Of a DNA stretch of 64,000 bases, positions 30,705 to 41,506 are shown one piece after another (the first letter of the stretch is position 1; each line of letters starts with the position of its first letter). The DNA comes from a bacterium. GTDB lineage: Bacteria; Omnitrophota; Gorgyraeia; Zapsychrales; Zapsychraceae. The notes below the pieces were generated by a model. The model was not told where the DNA came from, did no database searches, and saw nothing but the letters and a program-made list of their open reading frames with translations. Location: contig JAUIER010000021.1 in assembly GCA_030429765.1 (NCBI GenBank), positions 1,619-65,618 of the forward strand, given 5' to 3'. The translations under genes were made by a program, and so were the position numbers.

Positions 30705-31955
30705 TTAGGATATTGACTCAACATATTGTTGAATCTGGGATTGATAATGTCGTCCGCTTTGGCTTTCGCACAATTGTTTAAGATTCGTGACGATATGCTC
30801 CTTGATCTTGGGGTAGGATTCTCCGAAATGCAGGATCGGGTCGAACGCCTGGGACAGAAAATCACCATAGTCAAGAATTTGACTGACAATCTTCAATTGT
30901 CCTTCGCTGTCAAAATGCCGTCCACTGGGAACATGACGTTCTGACAGATGCTGTAAAGCGATCGTCAAATAATCGATACAAAGTATACTGACAAATGGTT
31001 CGTTCAGACCCGGGGACAAGGCGCGAACAGCAATGGAAACAATCCGTTGAATCGCAAAGGCATTATCCTGATGCACCGTTCGCACAGCGCCGAGAATACA
31101 GGCCTCACGGATACGGCATTCCGTCGATTCCTTGTCTTGATCCGGTGCGACAAATTGCCCTATTCGCTGCCCCTGTGTGACCAGATCTCCCGGCATGATA
31201 TCCAGTTCGATATATACCTCCGAATCCTCCACCAGCTCCGCCAGCATATCCAGGGCGATGGCCTGCACGTATCCATTCTCCTTGGCGTACAACGCCTGTC
31301 CTTGTTGGTCCATCTTATGTTTGAATCGCTGGTGCTGGGATTCATCCGGCCGATCGGCTGCCGTTTTCATTTCATCGAATTTTATCGGATACACGCGACC
31401 AAATCCTTCAATAAGTTCATTCGCCAGCTGCCGGGTAATTGTGTGCGGTTGTATTTGCAGCGTCACATGATGGATGAAGTAAATCAGTATACACAAGCTC
31501 CCCAGCGTAAGAAACAGACCGAGTGAAACGGAAATGTGCGGAACAAATGATCCGCTCTCGTGGTTACCGATGTTTCGCAGCACAAGCAGACAATAGATGA
31601 AAGTCGATACCAAAGTTCCCAGGACAAATTGCGTGACCCGGTCTCCCATAAAATGACGCATCACCTGCGGACCGTACTGGGACGAGGCCAGGGTGAATAC
31701 AACCATCGTCATCGAAAATAACAAACCGATCACCGTTATCAAAGATCCGACAATACTGCTCAGCAATTGCCGCGCCCCCTCAACGCTTCCAAACCGGAGC
31801 CAGGAAATATCCATTGCCCAGCTATCAGAAAGGGTCGAGCTGTCGATCGACATCGTCACCTTCAGGAGGATTAACACCCCGACGAGCATCAATGACGGGA
31901 TAAACCAGTAGCTCTGAATAATCGTGTTCCAGATGAGCATAATACGGTCGCGCAT
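30705..31955 (-). CDS. DUF2254 family membrane protein
   Basis: SYWFIP, LASSQYGP, YFIHH, GYVQ, IAVRALSPG.N.P. Confidence 0.9.
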   Translation of the reverse strand: MRDRIMLIWNTIIQSYWFIPSLMLVGVLILLKVTMSIDSSTLSDSWAMDISWLRFGSVEGARQLLSSIVGSLITVIGLLFSMTMVVFTLASSQYGPQVMRHFMGDRVTQFVLGTLVSTFIYCLLVLRNIGNHESGSFVPHISVSLGLFLTLGSLCILIYFIHHVTLQIQPHTITRQLANELIEGFGRVYPIKFDEMKTAADRPDESQHQRFKHKMDQQGQALYAKENGYVQAIALDMLAELVEDSEVYIELDIMPGDLVTQGQRIGQFVAPDQDKESTECRIREACILGAVRTVHQDNAFAIQRIVSIAVRALSPGLNEPFVSILCIDYLTIALQHLSERHVPSGRHFDSEGQLKIVSQILDYGDFLSQAFDPILHFGESYPKIKEHIVTNLKQLCESQSGRHYQSQIQQYVESIS

Positions 31956-31958
31956 ATC

Positions 31959-32867
31959 CTAAGTTCCCTTCCTGGATAGTTCGCTCACGACCGTGGACAG
32001 ACGTTCACCTCCCTTGATCCCGAAATCCAATGTGCGTATTGGGAATGGAATACAAATATCGCTTTGATTGTACGCCCGTTTGATGTGGCGAATCGCTTCA
32101 TCCCGGCCCTTAAGATAGTCTCTTTGCTTGTGGAATGTCACCCAGAAGTGGAGCTGAAAATTGATGGAGCTGTCACCGAATTCTTCAAAATACAATTCCA
32201 CCGGATGCGTTTGATCCAGATTCGAGACTTGCCGGACGGCCTTGATCGTGACATCCCGGACCTGCTCTAGATCATCACCGTATGAGACACCGACCGCCAG
32301 ATCAATCCGCCGCTTGCCCATTAAACTAAAATTAATCACCGCGTTTTCAAAAATCTGCTTATTGGGAATGAAGATGGACTGCCCCTGAAAGGTCCGCATC
32401 ATCGTGTCACGTAGATGTATCGCCTCGATCACACCGACTTGACCATTGGTCTCAATGATATCCCCCACGCGAAACGGATAGTCCTTACGGATGACCAGCG
32501 CGATTCCCGCGATAAAATTCGCAGCCACATCCTGAAACGCGAATCCGATCGCCAGTCCGACAATCCCGACACCCGCTAAAACGGAGAATACGGCCTCGTC
32601 GAGTTTCAGGATATTTATGGCCAGCAGAAAACCCATCAAAAAGGTACCCAACCGAACCAGGATCCCGACGAAATTGACCAGCGCTTTGTTGCTCACATAT
32701 TTGCGGAGGATTTTTTCAACAAGACTCCGGACAAATCCGGATATATAGTGAAAGGCGATGATGATCAAGCCGGCCAGCACGGCGTTTGGCAGGATCAGGA
32801 TCGCGCCCTGTATCCAGGATTCAAACTTGCCGCGCAGCAGCTCCAGGGAGTTACTGACATTTATCAT
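31959..32867 (-). CDS. mscS: small-conductance mechanosensitive channel
   Basis: GLAIGFAFQD, PFRVGD, IPN, VGVSY, FGDSSINF, IPFP. Confidence 0.92.
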   Translation of the reverse strand: MINVSNSLELLRGKFESWIQGAILILPNAVLAGLIIIAFHYISGFVRSLVEKILRKYVSNKALVNFVGILVRLGTFLMGFLLAINILKLDEAVFSVLAGVGIVGLAIGFAFQDVAANFIAGIALVIRKDYPFRVGDIIETNGQVGVIEAIHLRDTMMRTFQGQSIFIPNKQIFENAVINFSLMGKRRIDLAVGVSYGDDLEQVRDVTIKAVRQVSNLDQTHPVELYFEEFGDSSINFQLHFWVTFHKQRDYLKGRDEAIRHIKRAYNQSDICIPFPIRTLDFGIKGGERLSTVVSELSRKGT

Positions 32868-32934
32868 ATCACACCTCCCACGCCTGACGTGCGGCCACTG
32901 AGTTGATTAGATGGCAGTTGTTCGAACATCATTA

Positions 32935-33285
32935 TTATCCTCCATGCGCTTCTTCATCGAGTTTTTCCTGACATTCAATGCAATGCTCCGCATAGGGTAT
33001 CGCCTTAAGTCGTTCTATGTTGATATCCTCACCGCAGGCAATACACTGACCGAACGTACCGGTCTCAATCCGGCCGAGCGCCTTTTGGATCATCTCGATC
33101 TCTTCGACCTCATGATCCCGTTTCAGCTCCGCCAGATCCTTGTTCTGGTGATGCGCGGTGGCTTCACCTGAATCCTGCGGCAATTTTTTTTGAAGCTGAT
33201 CGCTGTGCCGGTCTTTGATGGCTTGTAACTCCGTGATCTTATCTTCCAATTTGGATTGGATTTGACTGATAAATTTTTGGTCCAT
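32935..33285 (-). CDS. TraR/DksA C4-type zinc finger protein
   Basis: FGQCIACGEDI..ERLKAIP..CIEC. Confidence 0.9.
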   Translation of the reverse strand: MDQKFISQIQSKLEDKITELQAIKDRHSDQLQKKLPQDSGEATAHHQNKDLAELKRDHEVEEIEMIQKALGRIETGTFGQCIACGEDINIERLKAIPYAEHCIECQEKLDEEAHGG

Positions 33286-33584
33286 TATTTAGCCTTCGCT
33301 GTTTTTTTGGTTGCGGATTTCGCATACCCACGTTTGATGGATTCCCATTCCCGTGTGGTTTTGGCTTTGCTGAGTTTCTTGGTCGTTTTATCTAATTCTT
33401 CGGACAACGTGACACTAACGATCTGACTCGTGTTAAAAACCACTTCGACCTTTTTATTTTGAAGGGCAACAACATAATCCTTGCCGACTTCCTGAATCAC
33501 GTACCCAGCCTTGAGATTGGTCGTGTCTTTGATAATCACCTTTCTGTTCTTGAGCTTTTTGAGCACTTCCTGCCATGATTTCAT
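33285..33584 (-). CDS. hypothetical basic protein
   Basis: Purine-rich RBS before MKSWQ; stop overlaps the next start. Confidence 0.6.
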   Translation of the reverse strand: MKSWQEVLKKLKNRKVIIKDTTNLKAGYVIQEVGKDYVVALQNKKVEVVFNTSQIVSVTLSEELDKTTKKLSKAKTTREWESIKRGYAKSATKKTAKAK

Positions 33585-33644
33585 ATCTCTCTCCCTTCCG
33601 ATCGATGGATTACATTGATCCATCATCTGTGATATTAATCGTGA

Positions 33645-34916
33645 TTACTGATTGTCAATAAAGGCTGTCGCCGAGGCATGCATAAAATTCCGGAGCAGTT
33701 TGGCTTGAGTCTCCAACTTATTCAGGGTGCGATGCCACGGGCTGTCCTCGACGCTGGAGTTTTTGGGTCGTGTTTCAAGGACCCGGTCGTATAACTTGAG
33801 GGCACCGTCCACACATCGCTGAACGTCATACAATTCGGCCGTCTTTTTGGCGTTTCGAGCCAAGGCCCCACGCTTCTGCGGGGACTGTGACGTCAACCAT
33901 CTAAGGGCAGCGACAAACTGATCCGTATCTTCCTCCTGGACCAGACATCCGTTTTTCCTGTCTTCGATGATATCCCGCACGCCCGGGGCGTCCACGCCCA
34001 CCACGGGAGTACCCGCCGCCATGGATTCAGCCAGGACAAGTCCCTGCGTCTCACTCTGCGAGGCAAACGCAAAGACATCCAGGCCGGTGTAGGCGCTGAC
34101 AAGTTGACGGTTGCGCAGCACTCCGGTGCAGACAAGCCGTTCGGACAAGTCATGTTTTTTAAAGACCTCCTGAAGTTCACCGAGCGATGGTCCGCTTCCG
34201 ACCACTACAAAATAGGCGTCGTCGTGGTCCTTCATAAATGCCGCGACACTCTCGGCAAGAAAAATAACATTCTTTTCCGGCGCGACGCGACCAATGATTC
34301 CAATGACAAACGCATCCAGAGGAATATCAAAGAATCGTCTAAACGTACGCCCGTCACCTTCTTTGAAATTGTCGACATAAATACCGGTCGGCAATACCTC
34401 GATAGGTGTCCTGACATTATGCGATTTGAGCAGCTCCGCCACACTTTGACTCGGCGCGATGACTTGATCGCAGAGATTGGCGTATCCTTTGGCCAATTCC
34501 ACGACAAACTTTTTGACCGCCTGCGAATCGCCGGCCGGCAGGTAATGTGTATTCTTGGCGTACAGCGTGTGATTGGTAAAGACGATGGGGATATTAAAAC
34601 GTGTTGCCGCGCGCAGCGCTGTGTCACCGATCAAAAACGGATGATGGGTGTGAATGATATCCGGTTGAAATTGTTTCAGGGTGTGATTGAGATCCGTACT
34701 GATCGGCAATTCGATCGAAAAATCCGTATCAGAAATATTCTTGATCGCCGGGACACGAAATACACCCTCTTCGTGTTTCGGTACACCTTCGCTCTCAGGC
34801 GCAACAATCAGGACATTGTGACCACGGCCGCGATATTCCGATGAGAAAACCTCGACCGACTTTTCCAGTCCTCCGACGATCGGATGATACGTATTTGTCA
34901 TCATGACGATATTCAC
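33645..34916 (-). CDS. glycosyltransferase family 4
   Basis: TNTYHP..GG, HTHHPF, GRVAPEKN, ETQGLVLAESMAAG. Confidence 0.92.
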   Translation of the reverse strand: MNIVMMTNTYHPIVGGLEKSVEVFSSEYRGRGHNVLIVAPESEGVPKHEEGVFRVPAIKNISDTDFSIELPISTDLNHTLKQFQPDIIHTHHPFLIGDTALRAATRFNIPIVFTNHTLYAKNTHYLPAGDSQAVKKFVVELAKGYANLCDQVIAPSQSVAELLKSHNVRTPIEVLPTGIYVDNFKEGDGRTFRRFFDIPLDAFVIGIIGRVAPEKNVIFLAESVAAFMKDHDDAYFVVVGSGPSLGELQEVFKKHDLSERLVCTGVLRNRQLVSAYTGLDVFAFASQSETQGLVLAESMAAGTPVVGVDAPGVRDIIEDRKNGCLVQEEDTDQFVAALRWLTSQSPQKRGALARNAKKTAELYDVQRCVDGALKLYDRVLETRPKNSSVEDSPWHRTLNKLETQAKLLRNFMHASATAFIDNQ

Positions 34917-34920
34917 CGTG

Positions 34921-37200
34921 TTACACCTCCTTATCCGTTGCTGGATGGTTTATTCGATCAATGGTTAACCGACCTCGGGTTTCGCTGGCCTTCACCGGCT
35001 CCATAAACGGCATGTCAATCGTGATCGATGGCGCCTCTCCATGGTGATCGAGGTCCCAGGTGATTTCAACGTTTTCTTCCCGACGCTGTATGGAAATGTC
35101 AATCACCCCCATGGTCGTATAGGCCGAATTCAACTGGATGGGACGGTCCTCTTCAAGCCACGCCAGATCAATGCCTGATCCCAGGACCAGGGTCCGATCC
35201 TGCTCAATCTCCCGCACAAAACAATTGCGGATCATCATGATCCATTCCGTGGAGGCCCATGTGTGTTGACCATCGCCCATGCATCCGCCGCGGGTGATCG
35301 GATGAACAGCCTCGGGCCATTGTCCCGTCGGCGAAGCCAGTTCCGCGATACCGCTGATCAGCTCAAAACATTTGGGATCCTTGGCCTGAAGAAGAATCTG
35401 GGCCAGGTGCATGGTCAGATACGGATTGATGCCGGAATGGCTCATATCATGGAACAGCCCGTTATGGACCAGACAATTGTCGGCCAGGTATTGAGCCGTA
35501 TCCAATACGCGAACATCCTTCTGGATATGCAACTGTAACGGATAGGCACAGACCAGGGAACCCACCGCGGATGAATCCAGCCGTCGATAGGGTGATGACG
35601 GAATCGCCAACCGTCCCAGGCGATGGGTCGCGGCCTGAAGGCTGGCGTCGACGGCGGACCGTAACGCGTTGGCGGTTTCCAGGCATAAGAGTTCGACTTC
35701 GTCTTCCCCATAAGATTTTGACAAGAACGCTCCGGCTTCAAGTCCCGCGATGCTCCAAAAGTTATCCCAGTAGTAAAAGTCATTGGGACCAAAATGTTCC
35801 GCGCTGAAGCCCGACGGCATCAGCCCCGCATGCGGTTGATCGAGCTCGTCTGACAATCGCTTACGAACGATCCAGCGAATACCTTTGTGGATCATCGGTT
35901 TCCAGGCTGCCTTGGGTGCTTGATGGGTGATTCGGCAAAACTGTTCGATCAGCCACAGCACCTGACCATTGGAATCCCATTCGCCTTCTTGCGATTCAAA
36001 ATATCCGGATGCCTTTTGACGTTTTTCAAACCCATCAATAATCCGTTCGGCCCGCTCGTGATAGCCTGTGCATAACAGACCATAAGTGATGTAGACGGCA
36101 TCCCGAAACCAAAACCGCTTGTATACGTATGGTCCGGCAAAAACATCTCCGGCGGTGTGGGCCAATAAGTTTCGAACGGACGCTTCAAAGAGATACGCGT
36201 AGTTTTTGTAGGGCAATTCCAACTGGCACCCCGTGTCACGGTATTCGCTCCAGCGTGACTGATACGTCGAATCAAAATCAGGGGCTGTATCCGGATTTTC
36301 CAACGGGATCTGCACCGATGTTTCAAACTCCGTACCCGGTTTCAGACGATAAACCGCTGCCCCTGAACACATTTCCATCGGGCAATCGATATCGAGCGGA
36401 TCTGACGCTTGACTGATTCGATCATACACATCCCCTTTCTCGAAATTGGAAAGGGCAAAATGATCCGGTTGGTCTTTGAAGTGAACCCAATGCTCATGAT
36501 TGACCTGCATTGACGGGCGTTTGGGATCGACATGGATTTCCCTGATAAGACTCACCCCCTCTGGGTTGTAAGGTCGTACCGACAGACAAAACCAGGCATC
36601 CCGCTCACATTTGGCCGTGTATCGGATGTCACACGCCGGCTCGCCATTGACCATCGTCAACTGAGCGGTTGAACCAATCTGCTTGTTCGTCCGTTGACTG
36701 TTCGTGACAACAGCATTGTCGTGCTCAAAGTCCACGATCTGCTCCACAGCGGCAAGCCTTGAAGGAATCAGGTCGTCGCCGTGGGGTTCACAGATCCACG
36801 CATCTATGGACCATCCATCCCACAAAGGGGTTATCAATCCCCGCGGATCAATCAATGGTGTCTCGGCCTGATCAGGCAGCGTTAGCGCTGTCCAGTTGCG
36901 ATGGGTCAGATTGATGTGAGTTAAAGAAAAAGAGCGCGGGATAAAAGACGGATTGGTCGGATCAAACTGCTGATGGATCCAGAACGGCCAGATCCAATCC
37001 AGATTATGCTGGATGACCTGAGCATTGAGCAATCCGCGGGCATGTAAAACCGCCGTCGCCCGCAGCAGTTCGGTGGGAGCCAACACCTCAGATGGTTGAG
37101 AGAAACGGCTGACCTTCGTGAATAGACTGAAAGGATCGAGAAATCCATGGGCCTTGGTGGCTTTCTGGATCATATTTTTCCAAATGAAATTTTGCAGCAT
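34921..37200 (-). CDS. six-hairpin glycosidase-like protein
   Basis: FWFRDA, GEWDSNGQ, SAEH, YWDNFW, WPEA..P, GDGQH.W, consistent with an (alpha/alpha)6 barrel. Confidence 0.65.
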   Translation of the reverse strand: MLQNFIWKNMIQKATKAHGFLDPFSLFTKVSRFSQPSEVLAPTELLRATAVLHARGLLNAQVIQHNLDWIWPFWIHQQFDPTNPSFIPRSFSLTHINLTHRNWTALTLPDQAETPLIDPRGLITPLWDGWSIDAWICEPHGDDLIPSRLAAVEQIVDFEHDNAVVTNSQRTNKQIGSTAQLTMVNGEPACDIRYTAKCERDAWFCLSVRPYNPEGVSLIREIHVDPKRPSMQVNHEHWVHFKDQPDHFALSNFEKGDVYDRISQASDPLDIDCPMEMCSGAAVYRLKPGTEFETSVQIPLENPDTAPDFDSTYQSRWSEYRDTGCQLELPYKNYAYLFEASVRNLLAHTAGDVFAGPYVYKRFWFRDAVYITYGLLCTGYHERAERIIDGFEKRQKASGYFESQEGEWDSNGQVLWLIEQFCRITHQAPKAAWKPMIHKGIRWIVRKRLSDELDQPHAGLMPSGFSAEHFGPNDFYYWDNFWSIAGLEAGAFLSKSYGEDEVELLCLETANALRSAVDASLQAATHRLGRLAIPSSPYRRLDSSAVGSLVCAYPLQLHIQKDVRVLDTAQYLADNCLVHNGLFHDMSHSGINPYLTMHLAQILLQAKDPKCFELISGIAELASPTGQWPEAVHPITRGGCMGDGQHTWASTEWIMMIRNCFVREIEQDRTLVLGSGIDLAWLEEDRPIQLNSAYTTMGVIDISIQRREENVEITWDLDHHGEAPSITIDMPFMEPVKASETRGRLTIDRINHPATDKEV

Positions 37201-37303
37201 TAATTCGCCTTCCCCTATTTACGTCCTGGTTTACCCTGGAGTCTCGTGGACTTGATCTCGTCCGCCTTGCCGTACTCGGATTTTTACGGTATGATCGGGC
37301 CGT

Positions 37304-39427
37304 ATGAAAAATTTTATTGGCCCCATTTTATTGTGGTTCTTGCTAACGACTACCATTTCCGCGTTGAGTGCACGGCTGTTTTTCCAGCGGGTCGATCTGA
37401 CGCCGGATGTTGATCAAAATTTTTTCTTTGCCAGTGACGATCCCCACATTCAGACCGAAGAACGTATTTCGGCCCTTTTCAAACGTCAGGATTCGCAGCT
37501 GATAATCAGCATCCACGGCCATATCGATTCGCCTGAGTACTTTGGTACGATTGAAACGCTGTCAGCTCAACTCGCGACCATCGACGGGGTCGTCAGCCTC
37601 AAAAGCATTGCCTCCGGCCCCAAAAACCTCAAAGACGCCCGGCAAAGCCCGCTGTGGAATCGTATACTGGTGTCGGATGATCAGCGCTCGACAAATATCA
37701 TCCTCTTCATCGACGAGGCCATGCTTTCCAGCATTATAGACCCGGTCGAATTGCAGTTACAAGCAATAATCCCGGAATCGAAGTTTACCCTCTCGGGCCA
37801 GCCCTATATCGTGCATCAAATCCGGAAGAATCTGTCGCATGACGTCAAGCGTTTCTCTGCGCTGACGCTGACCGTCTTCGGTGCGTGGGTGCTTATCCTC
37901 TACCGCTCTGTATGGTTGCTGACGGGAATGCTCATTTGCTGCCTGAATGTCATTGCCTGGACGTTTATTGCCACCGATTATCTGCACGTTCCTTTGGGTA
38001 TCCTGACAGCGAATTTGTCGAGCATGGTGTTTGTCGTTACATTTTCCCATATTATTTATCTCACATACAACTGGAAGCGGATCAAGGACGCCAAAAAAAG
38101 GATGTCACGCCTTATCATGGCTATTCGGCAAACATGGCCGGCTTCGTTCTGGAGTATGGCTACCACCGTCGCGGGCTTTAGCTCCCTGATGTTTGTTCCG
38201 GCCAAGCCTTTGCGGGACCTGGGTGTGGCCGGCGTCGCCGGAACGTTGATCGCCTTGGTCTTGACGTACGCGATCTATCCGCTCTTTCTCTTGATGACCC
38301 GGCAGCCCGAAATATCTCCATCACATCAACCGCTGTACGACATGTTAGACAAACAGTCCAGCCGCCTGCGATCTGTCGCGGTCACGCTGGTCTTGATGTC
38401 GATCCCCGGTCTGTTTTACCTCAATACCGATCCGAGCATGCTGCAATTTTTTAGTCCCCGCAGCCCGATTCACCGGGGACTCAGCTACATTGACCGCAAC
38501 GGCGGCAGTAGTCCATTGAATCTGGTGATCAAGGCCGATGACGGCAGCACCCTCGATTCCCAAGCGGCCTATGAACGGATGTGGCGCCTGCAGACACAAC
38601 TGGAAGCCCTGCCGTCCGTGGGCTCGGTGATCTCTTTGCCGGTGCTGATGGCCGAGGCCAAACAGGAACCCCTGGCCATCTTTCTGGTATGGGACTGGCT
38701 GCTCGACATTCTGGACAAGCCTAAATATGAACGGATCGCCCAGAGCTTTATCTCTCAAGATCGGACTCACGGGATGTTTTATCTGCGAATGAACGAACAG
38801 CTTCGTCAGAAATCACGCCTCGATGTCATCGGCGACATTCACCGAATCACCCGGAGCAATGGATTCGAACCCAACTTAACCGGCGGTGTTTACTATCTTC
38901 AGGCGCAACTGTCGCGCCTGGTGGTGACAAGCCTCAAGGATGGATTACTCAAGCTGCTGTTGGTTTTTCTGCTCGTTGGACTGGTTCTCAACCGCTCGAT
39001 CCGCGGCGCGTTGGCCATGGCCAGCTGTGTGTTAATTGCCCCGCTGGTTATTCTCGGGGTATTCGGTTTCTATCAGATTCCACTAGATATTATTTCCTCA
39101 CCCGCCTCGAATATCGCGATGGCGATCGGTGTGGACGCGTTGCTGCATTTGACGGCGGCCTATCGTCGGCATCGGCGCGACACGGATTCTCTGCAGGAGG
39201 CCTGGCAGTCTGCCCGGCGTGAGATGTGGCCGCCCATCATGGCCTCAACAACAGTTGTCATCGTCGGTTTCGCCATGCTTCTATGCTCCGGCTTTCCGCC
39301 AACGCAACGCTTTGGTTTGGCCGTGATCATCGGTACAGTCATCGCGGGTGGTGCGGCTATGTTCGTCTACCCCCGCCTGTGCCAGACATCCAAGCCGCTG
39401 GTTGATGATCAATCGTCATCAGCATAA
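37304..39427 (+). CDS. MMPL/RND family transporter
   Basis: Two repeats of TM, extracytoplasmic domain and TM bundle; TTVAGFSSL, IGVD..H. Confidence 0.85.
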   Translation: MKNFIGPILLWFLLTTTISALSARLFFQRVDLTPDVDQNFFFASDDPHIQTEERISALFKRQDSQLIISIHGHIDSPEYFGTIETLSAQLATIDGVVSLKSIASGPKNLKDARQSPLWNRILVSDDQRSTNIILFIDEAMLSSIIDPVELQLQAIIPESKFTLSGQPYIVHQIRKNLSHDVKRFSALTLTVFGAWVLILYRSVWLLTGMLICCLNVIAWTFIATDYLHVPLGILTANLSSMVFVVTFSHIIYLTYNWKRIKDAKKRMSRLIMAIRQTWPASFWSMATTVAGFSSLMFVPAKPLRDLGVAGVAGTLIALVLTYAIYPLFLLMTRQPEISPSHQPLYDMLDKQSSRLRSVAVTLVLMSIPGLFYLNTDPSMLQFFSPRSPIHRGLSYIDRNGGSSPLNLVIKADDGSTLDSQAAYERMWRLQTQLEALPSVGSVISLPVLMAEAKQEPLAIFLVWDWLLDILDKPKYERIAQSFISQDRTHGMFYLRMNEQLRQKSRLDVIGDIHRITRSNGFEPNLTGGVYYLQAQLSRLVVTSLKDGLLKLLLVFLLVGLVLNRSIRGALAMASCVLIAPLVILGVFGFYQIPLDIISSPASNIAMAIGVDALLHLTAAYRRHRRDTDSLQEAWQSARREMWPPIMASTTVVIVGFAMLLCSGFPPTQRFGLAVIIGTVIAGGAAMFVYPRLCQTSKPLVDDQSSSA

Positions 39428-39431
39428 GTGA

Positions 39432-40334
39432 TTAACCCGCCGTCTCTTGAAGTTGATTAACATTGAGGTCGATCGACGCCCTGTGCTCAGACTTTTGTTT
39501 GCCGATAAACAGGGTGCGATGCGGAAACGGAATCTCGATGCCATGTTGATCGAACACCTTTTTAAGCCGCTTGTTGAACTCACGGGCCACTCCCCATTGT
39601 TTTATCGGCTTGGTCTTGGTACGTGCCTTGATAATAAGCGCCGAATCAGCGAATTCGTCCAAACCCAGTATTTCGATCGGCTCCAGAATATCTTCCTTAT
39701 AGTTCGAATCCGCTCTCAGGTCACGGTCGACTTGTTTGACCAGATCGATCACTTGATCGATATCTTCTTGGTAAGATACGCCGATATCAAAGACATACCG
39801 CGAGTACTCCTTGGTCATATTGGTGACTGTGTCAATCTCGCCGTTCCGCACGAAGTGGACGTTACCGGCCAGGTCACGCAGGATCACCATACGCAACGTA
39901 ACCTTCTCGACCAGTCCGCTTTTTCCACCAATCTCGACGACGTCGCCCACACGGATTTGATCTTCCAGGAAGATAAAGAAACCGCTGATAATATCCTCCA
40001 CCAGTTTCTGAGCGCCAAAACCAACAGCCACCCCCACGACACCGGCCGCAGCAATAATCGGTCCGATATTGATACCCAATTCCTGCAGGATCATCATAAA
40101 CGCCACCGCAAATATGATGATATTGACCGCGTTTCGGATAAGATTGCTGACCGTGTCGGTTCGTTTCTGAGATTCGACACTATCATTGTGCCCTTTATAT
40201 AAGTTAAATATTTTGTTCGCGACGACTCCGGTGAGCTTTACTGCGATTAGCATCAGTAGCAGAATTAATGCTATTTGTAATCCGCTGGTGAGCAGCCACC
40301 CGGCCGCTTTCTCGATCAATTGTGAAACGTCCAT
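39432..40334 (-). CDS. MscS family mechanosensitive channel (YbiO-like)
   Basis: GVAVGFGAQ.LV.D, VGDVV, IEIPFP. Confidence 0.92.
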   Translation of the reverse strand: MDVSQLIEKAAGWLLTSGLQIALILLLMLIAVKLTGVVANKIFNLYKGHNDSVESQKRTDTVSNLIRNAVNIIIFAVAFMMILQELGINIGPIIAAAGVVGVAVGFGAQKLVEDIISGFFIFLEDQIRVGDVVEIGGKSGLVEKVTLRMVILRDLAGNVHFVRNGEIDTVTNMTKEYSRYVFDIGVSYQEDIDQVIDLVKQVDRDLRADSNYKEDILEPIEILGLDEFADSALIIKARTKTKPIKQWGVAREFNKRLKKVFDQHGIEIPFPHRTLFIGKQKSEHRASIDLNVNQLQETAG

Positions 40335-40350
40335 CGTTAACTCCCTTCGA

Positions 40351-40707
40351 TTACTCTAAGTATTCTCCGTGCCAGTCTTCCCAAACGAATTTGGGTTCGA
40401 TGAGCGGGTCCTTGAATTCGTCCGGCCAATTGAATGGAAACGTCAAAGTTTCCAATACGCCCGCTCCCAACCGAAGGCCGGTTCCGGCAAAGCCCTTGAC
40501 CAATCCGATTGTCCAACCTTTGGCCACGCCCTGGCTCCGGGAGGTGAGATCGATCCCTCTGGCAATCTCGATGGGTGACGATACAGCGTTCACGACACCG
40601 CGACTGAGCTTGTCATGCCAGCGATACTCCTCCAATAAATCCGCACTGACGGGACTGGCGATTAGTACAAAACCGGCGGCTATAGCCAGTAATTGTCTTG
40701 TATGCAT
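40351..40707 (-). CDS. exosortase system-associated (TIGR04073-like) protein
   Basis: GGAGG RBS; KLSRGVVN, EI, G..R..AG.LE.LTFP, P.IEP.FV. Confidence 0.7.
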   Translation of the reverse strand: MHTRQLLAIAAGFVLIASPVSADLLEEYRWHDKLSRGVVNAVSSPIEIARGIDLTSRSQGVAKGWTIGLVKGFAGTGLRLGAGVLETLTFPFNWPDEFKDPLIEPKFVWEDWHGEYLE

Positions 40708-40720
40708 TACGCTTTCCTCC

Positions 40721-40873
40721 TTAATTATCGATAATTTGTCCGTCTTCCGCGTCCTTGGCCACGGCCACTCCGGCAGCCGCTCCTCCCGCAAACAATAACG
40801 GCGCACAACCGGTGGTCGTGATTACCGTAACTAGCAGGATCAGAATAAGTGTGATTCGGTTCGTTCGTTTCAT
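40721..40873 (-). CDS. small lipoprotein (50 aa)
   Basis: Manual: GGAG RBS; MKRTNRITLILILLVTVITTTGCAPLLFAGGAAAGVAVAKDAEDGQIIDN; lipobox TTGC. Confidence 0.7.
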   Translation of the reverse strand: MKRTNRITLILILLVTVITTTGCAPLLFAGGAAAGVAVAKDAEDGQIIDN

Positions 40874-40917
40874 CTAGTCTCCTTCCCTATGAATTAACGT
40901 AAAGGCATATTGATCCG

Positions 40918-41079
40918 TTAAGCCGCTCGTCGGCCGGTGAACAGTGAAACAACGAACATCACGAGAAAAACCATGAATAGTATTTTGGCGATGGACGCGG
41001 CTGTGCCGGCGATACCGCCAAAACCCAAAACCCCGGCAATCAAAGCAACAACCAAAAATGTAACTGACCAGTTCAACAT
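40918..41079 (-). CDS. DUF1328 (YtjA-like) small membrane protein
   Basis: Manual: AGGAGG RBS; [35 protein letters not shown]... Confidence 0.92.
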   Translation of the reverse strand: MLNWSVTFLVVALIAGVLGFGGIAGTAASIAKILFMVFLVMFVVSLFTGRRAA

Positions 41080-41290
41080 AAGTACCTCCTTTTTAAACGC
41101 TTAGTTAATCAAACATAAATATAAAGCCATCAGCTAACCAGTGAATGGATGGCAACCCGATTGTTAGCCTACGATCGTAGTTCAGATGTCGCTGAAACAA
41201 TTGACGCCGGCTGAATTGCAGCTGTCATTGCTACGGCTCCCAAAATTGCAGGTGCTCGCCATCTCATCATTTACCTCCTTGTTGCGTTAC

Positions 41291-41506
41291 CTAGACATCT
41301 TTATCGACACTGAGTTTGGACACATATTCTTCGACTTCTTGCTTCACCTTCTCACGGTGACGTCCTGACCGAACTTGAACCGCACCAATCAAACGGTCAA
41401 TCTCGCCATCGATAATATTGATGTCATCATTGGTGAGCTCTCCCCATGTTTCCTTGATTGATCCTTTGACTTGATTCCAACGTCCTTTGAGTATATCCGC
41501 ATTCAT
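41291..41506 (-). CDS. CsbD family stress protein
   Basis: MNADILKGRWNQVKGSIKETWGELTNDD. Confidence 0.92.
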   Translation of the reverse strand: MNADILKGRWNQVKGSIKETWGELTNDDINIIDGEIDRLIGAVQVRSGRHREKVKQEVEEYVSKLSVDKDV

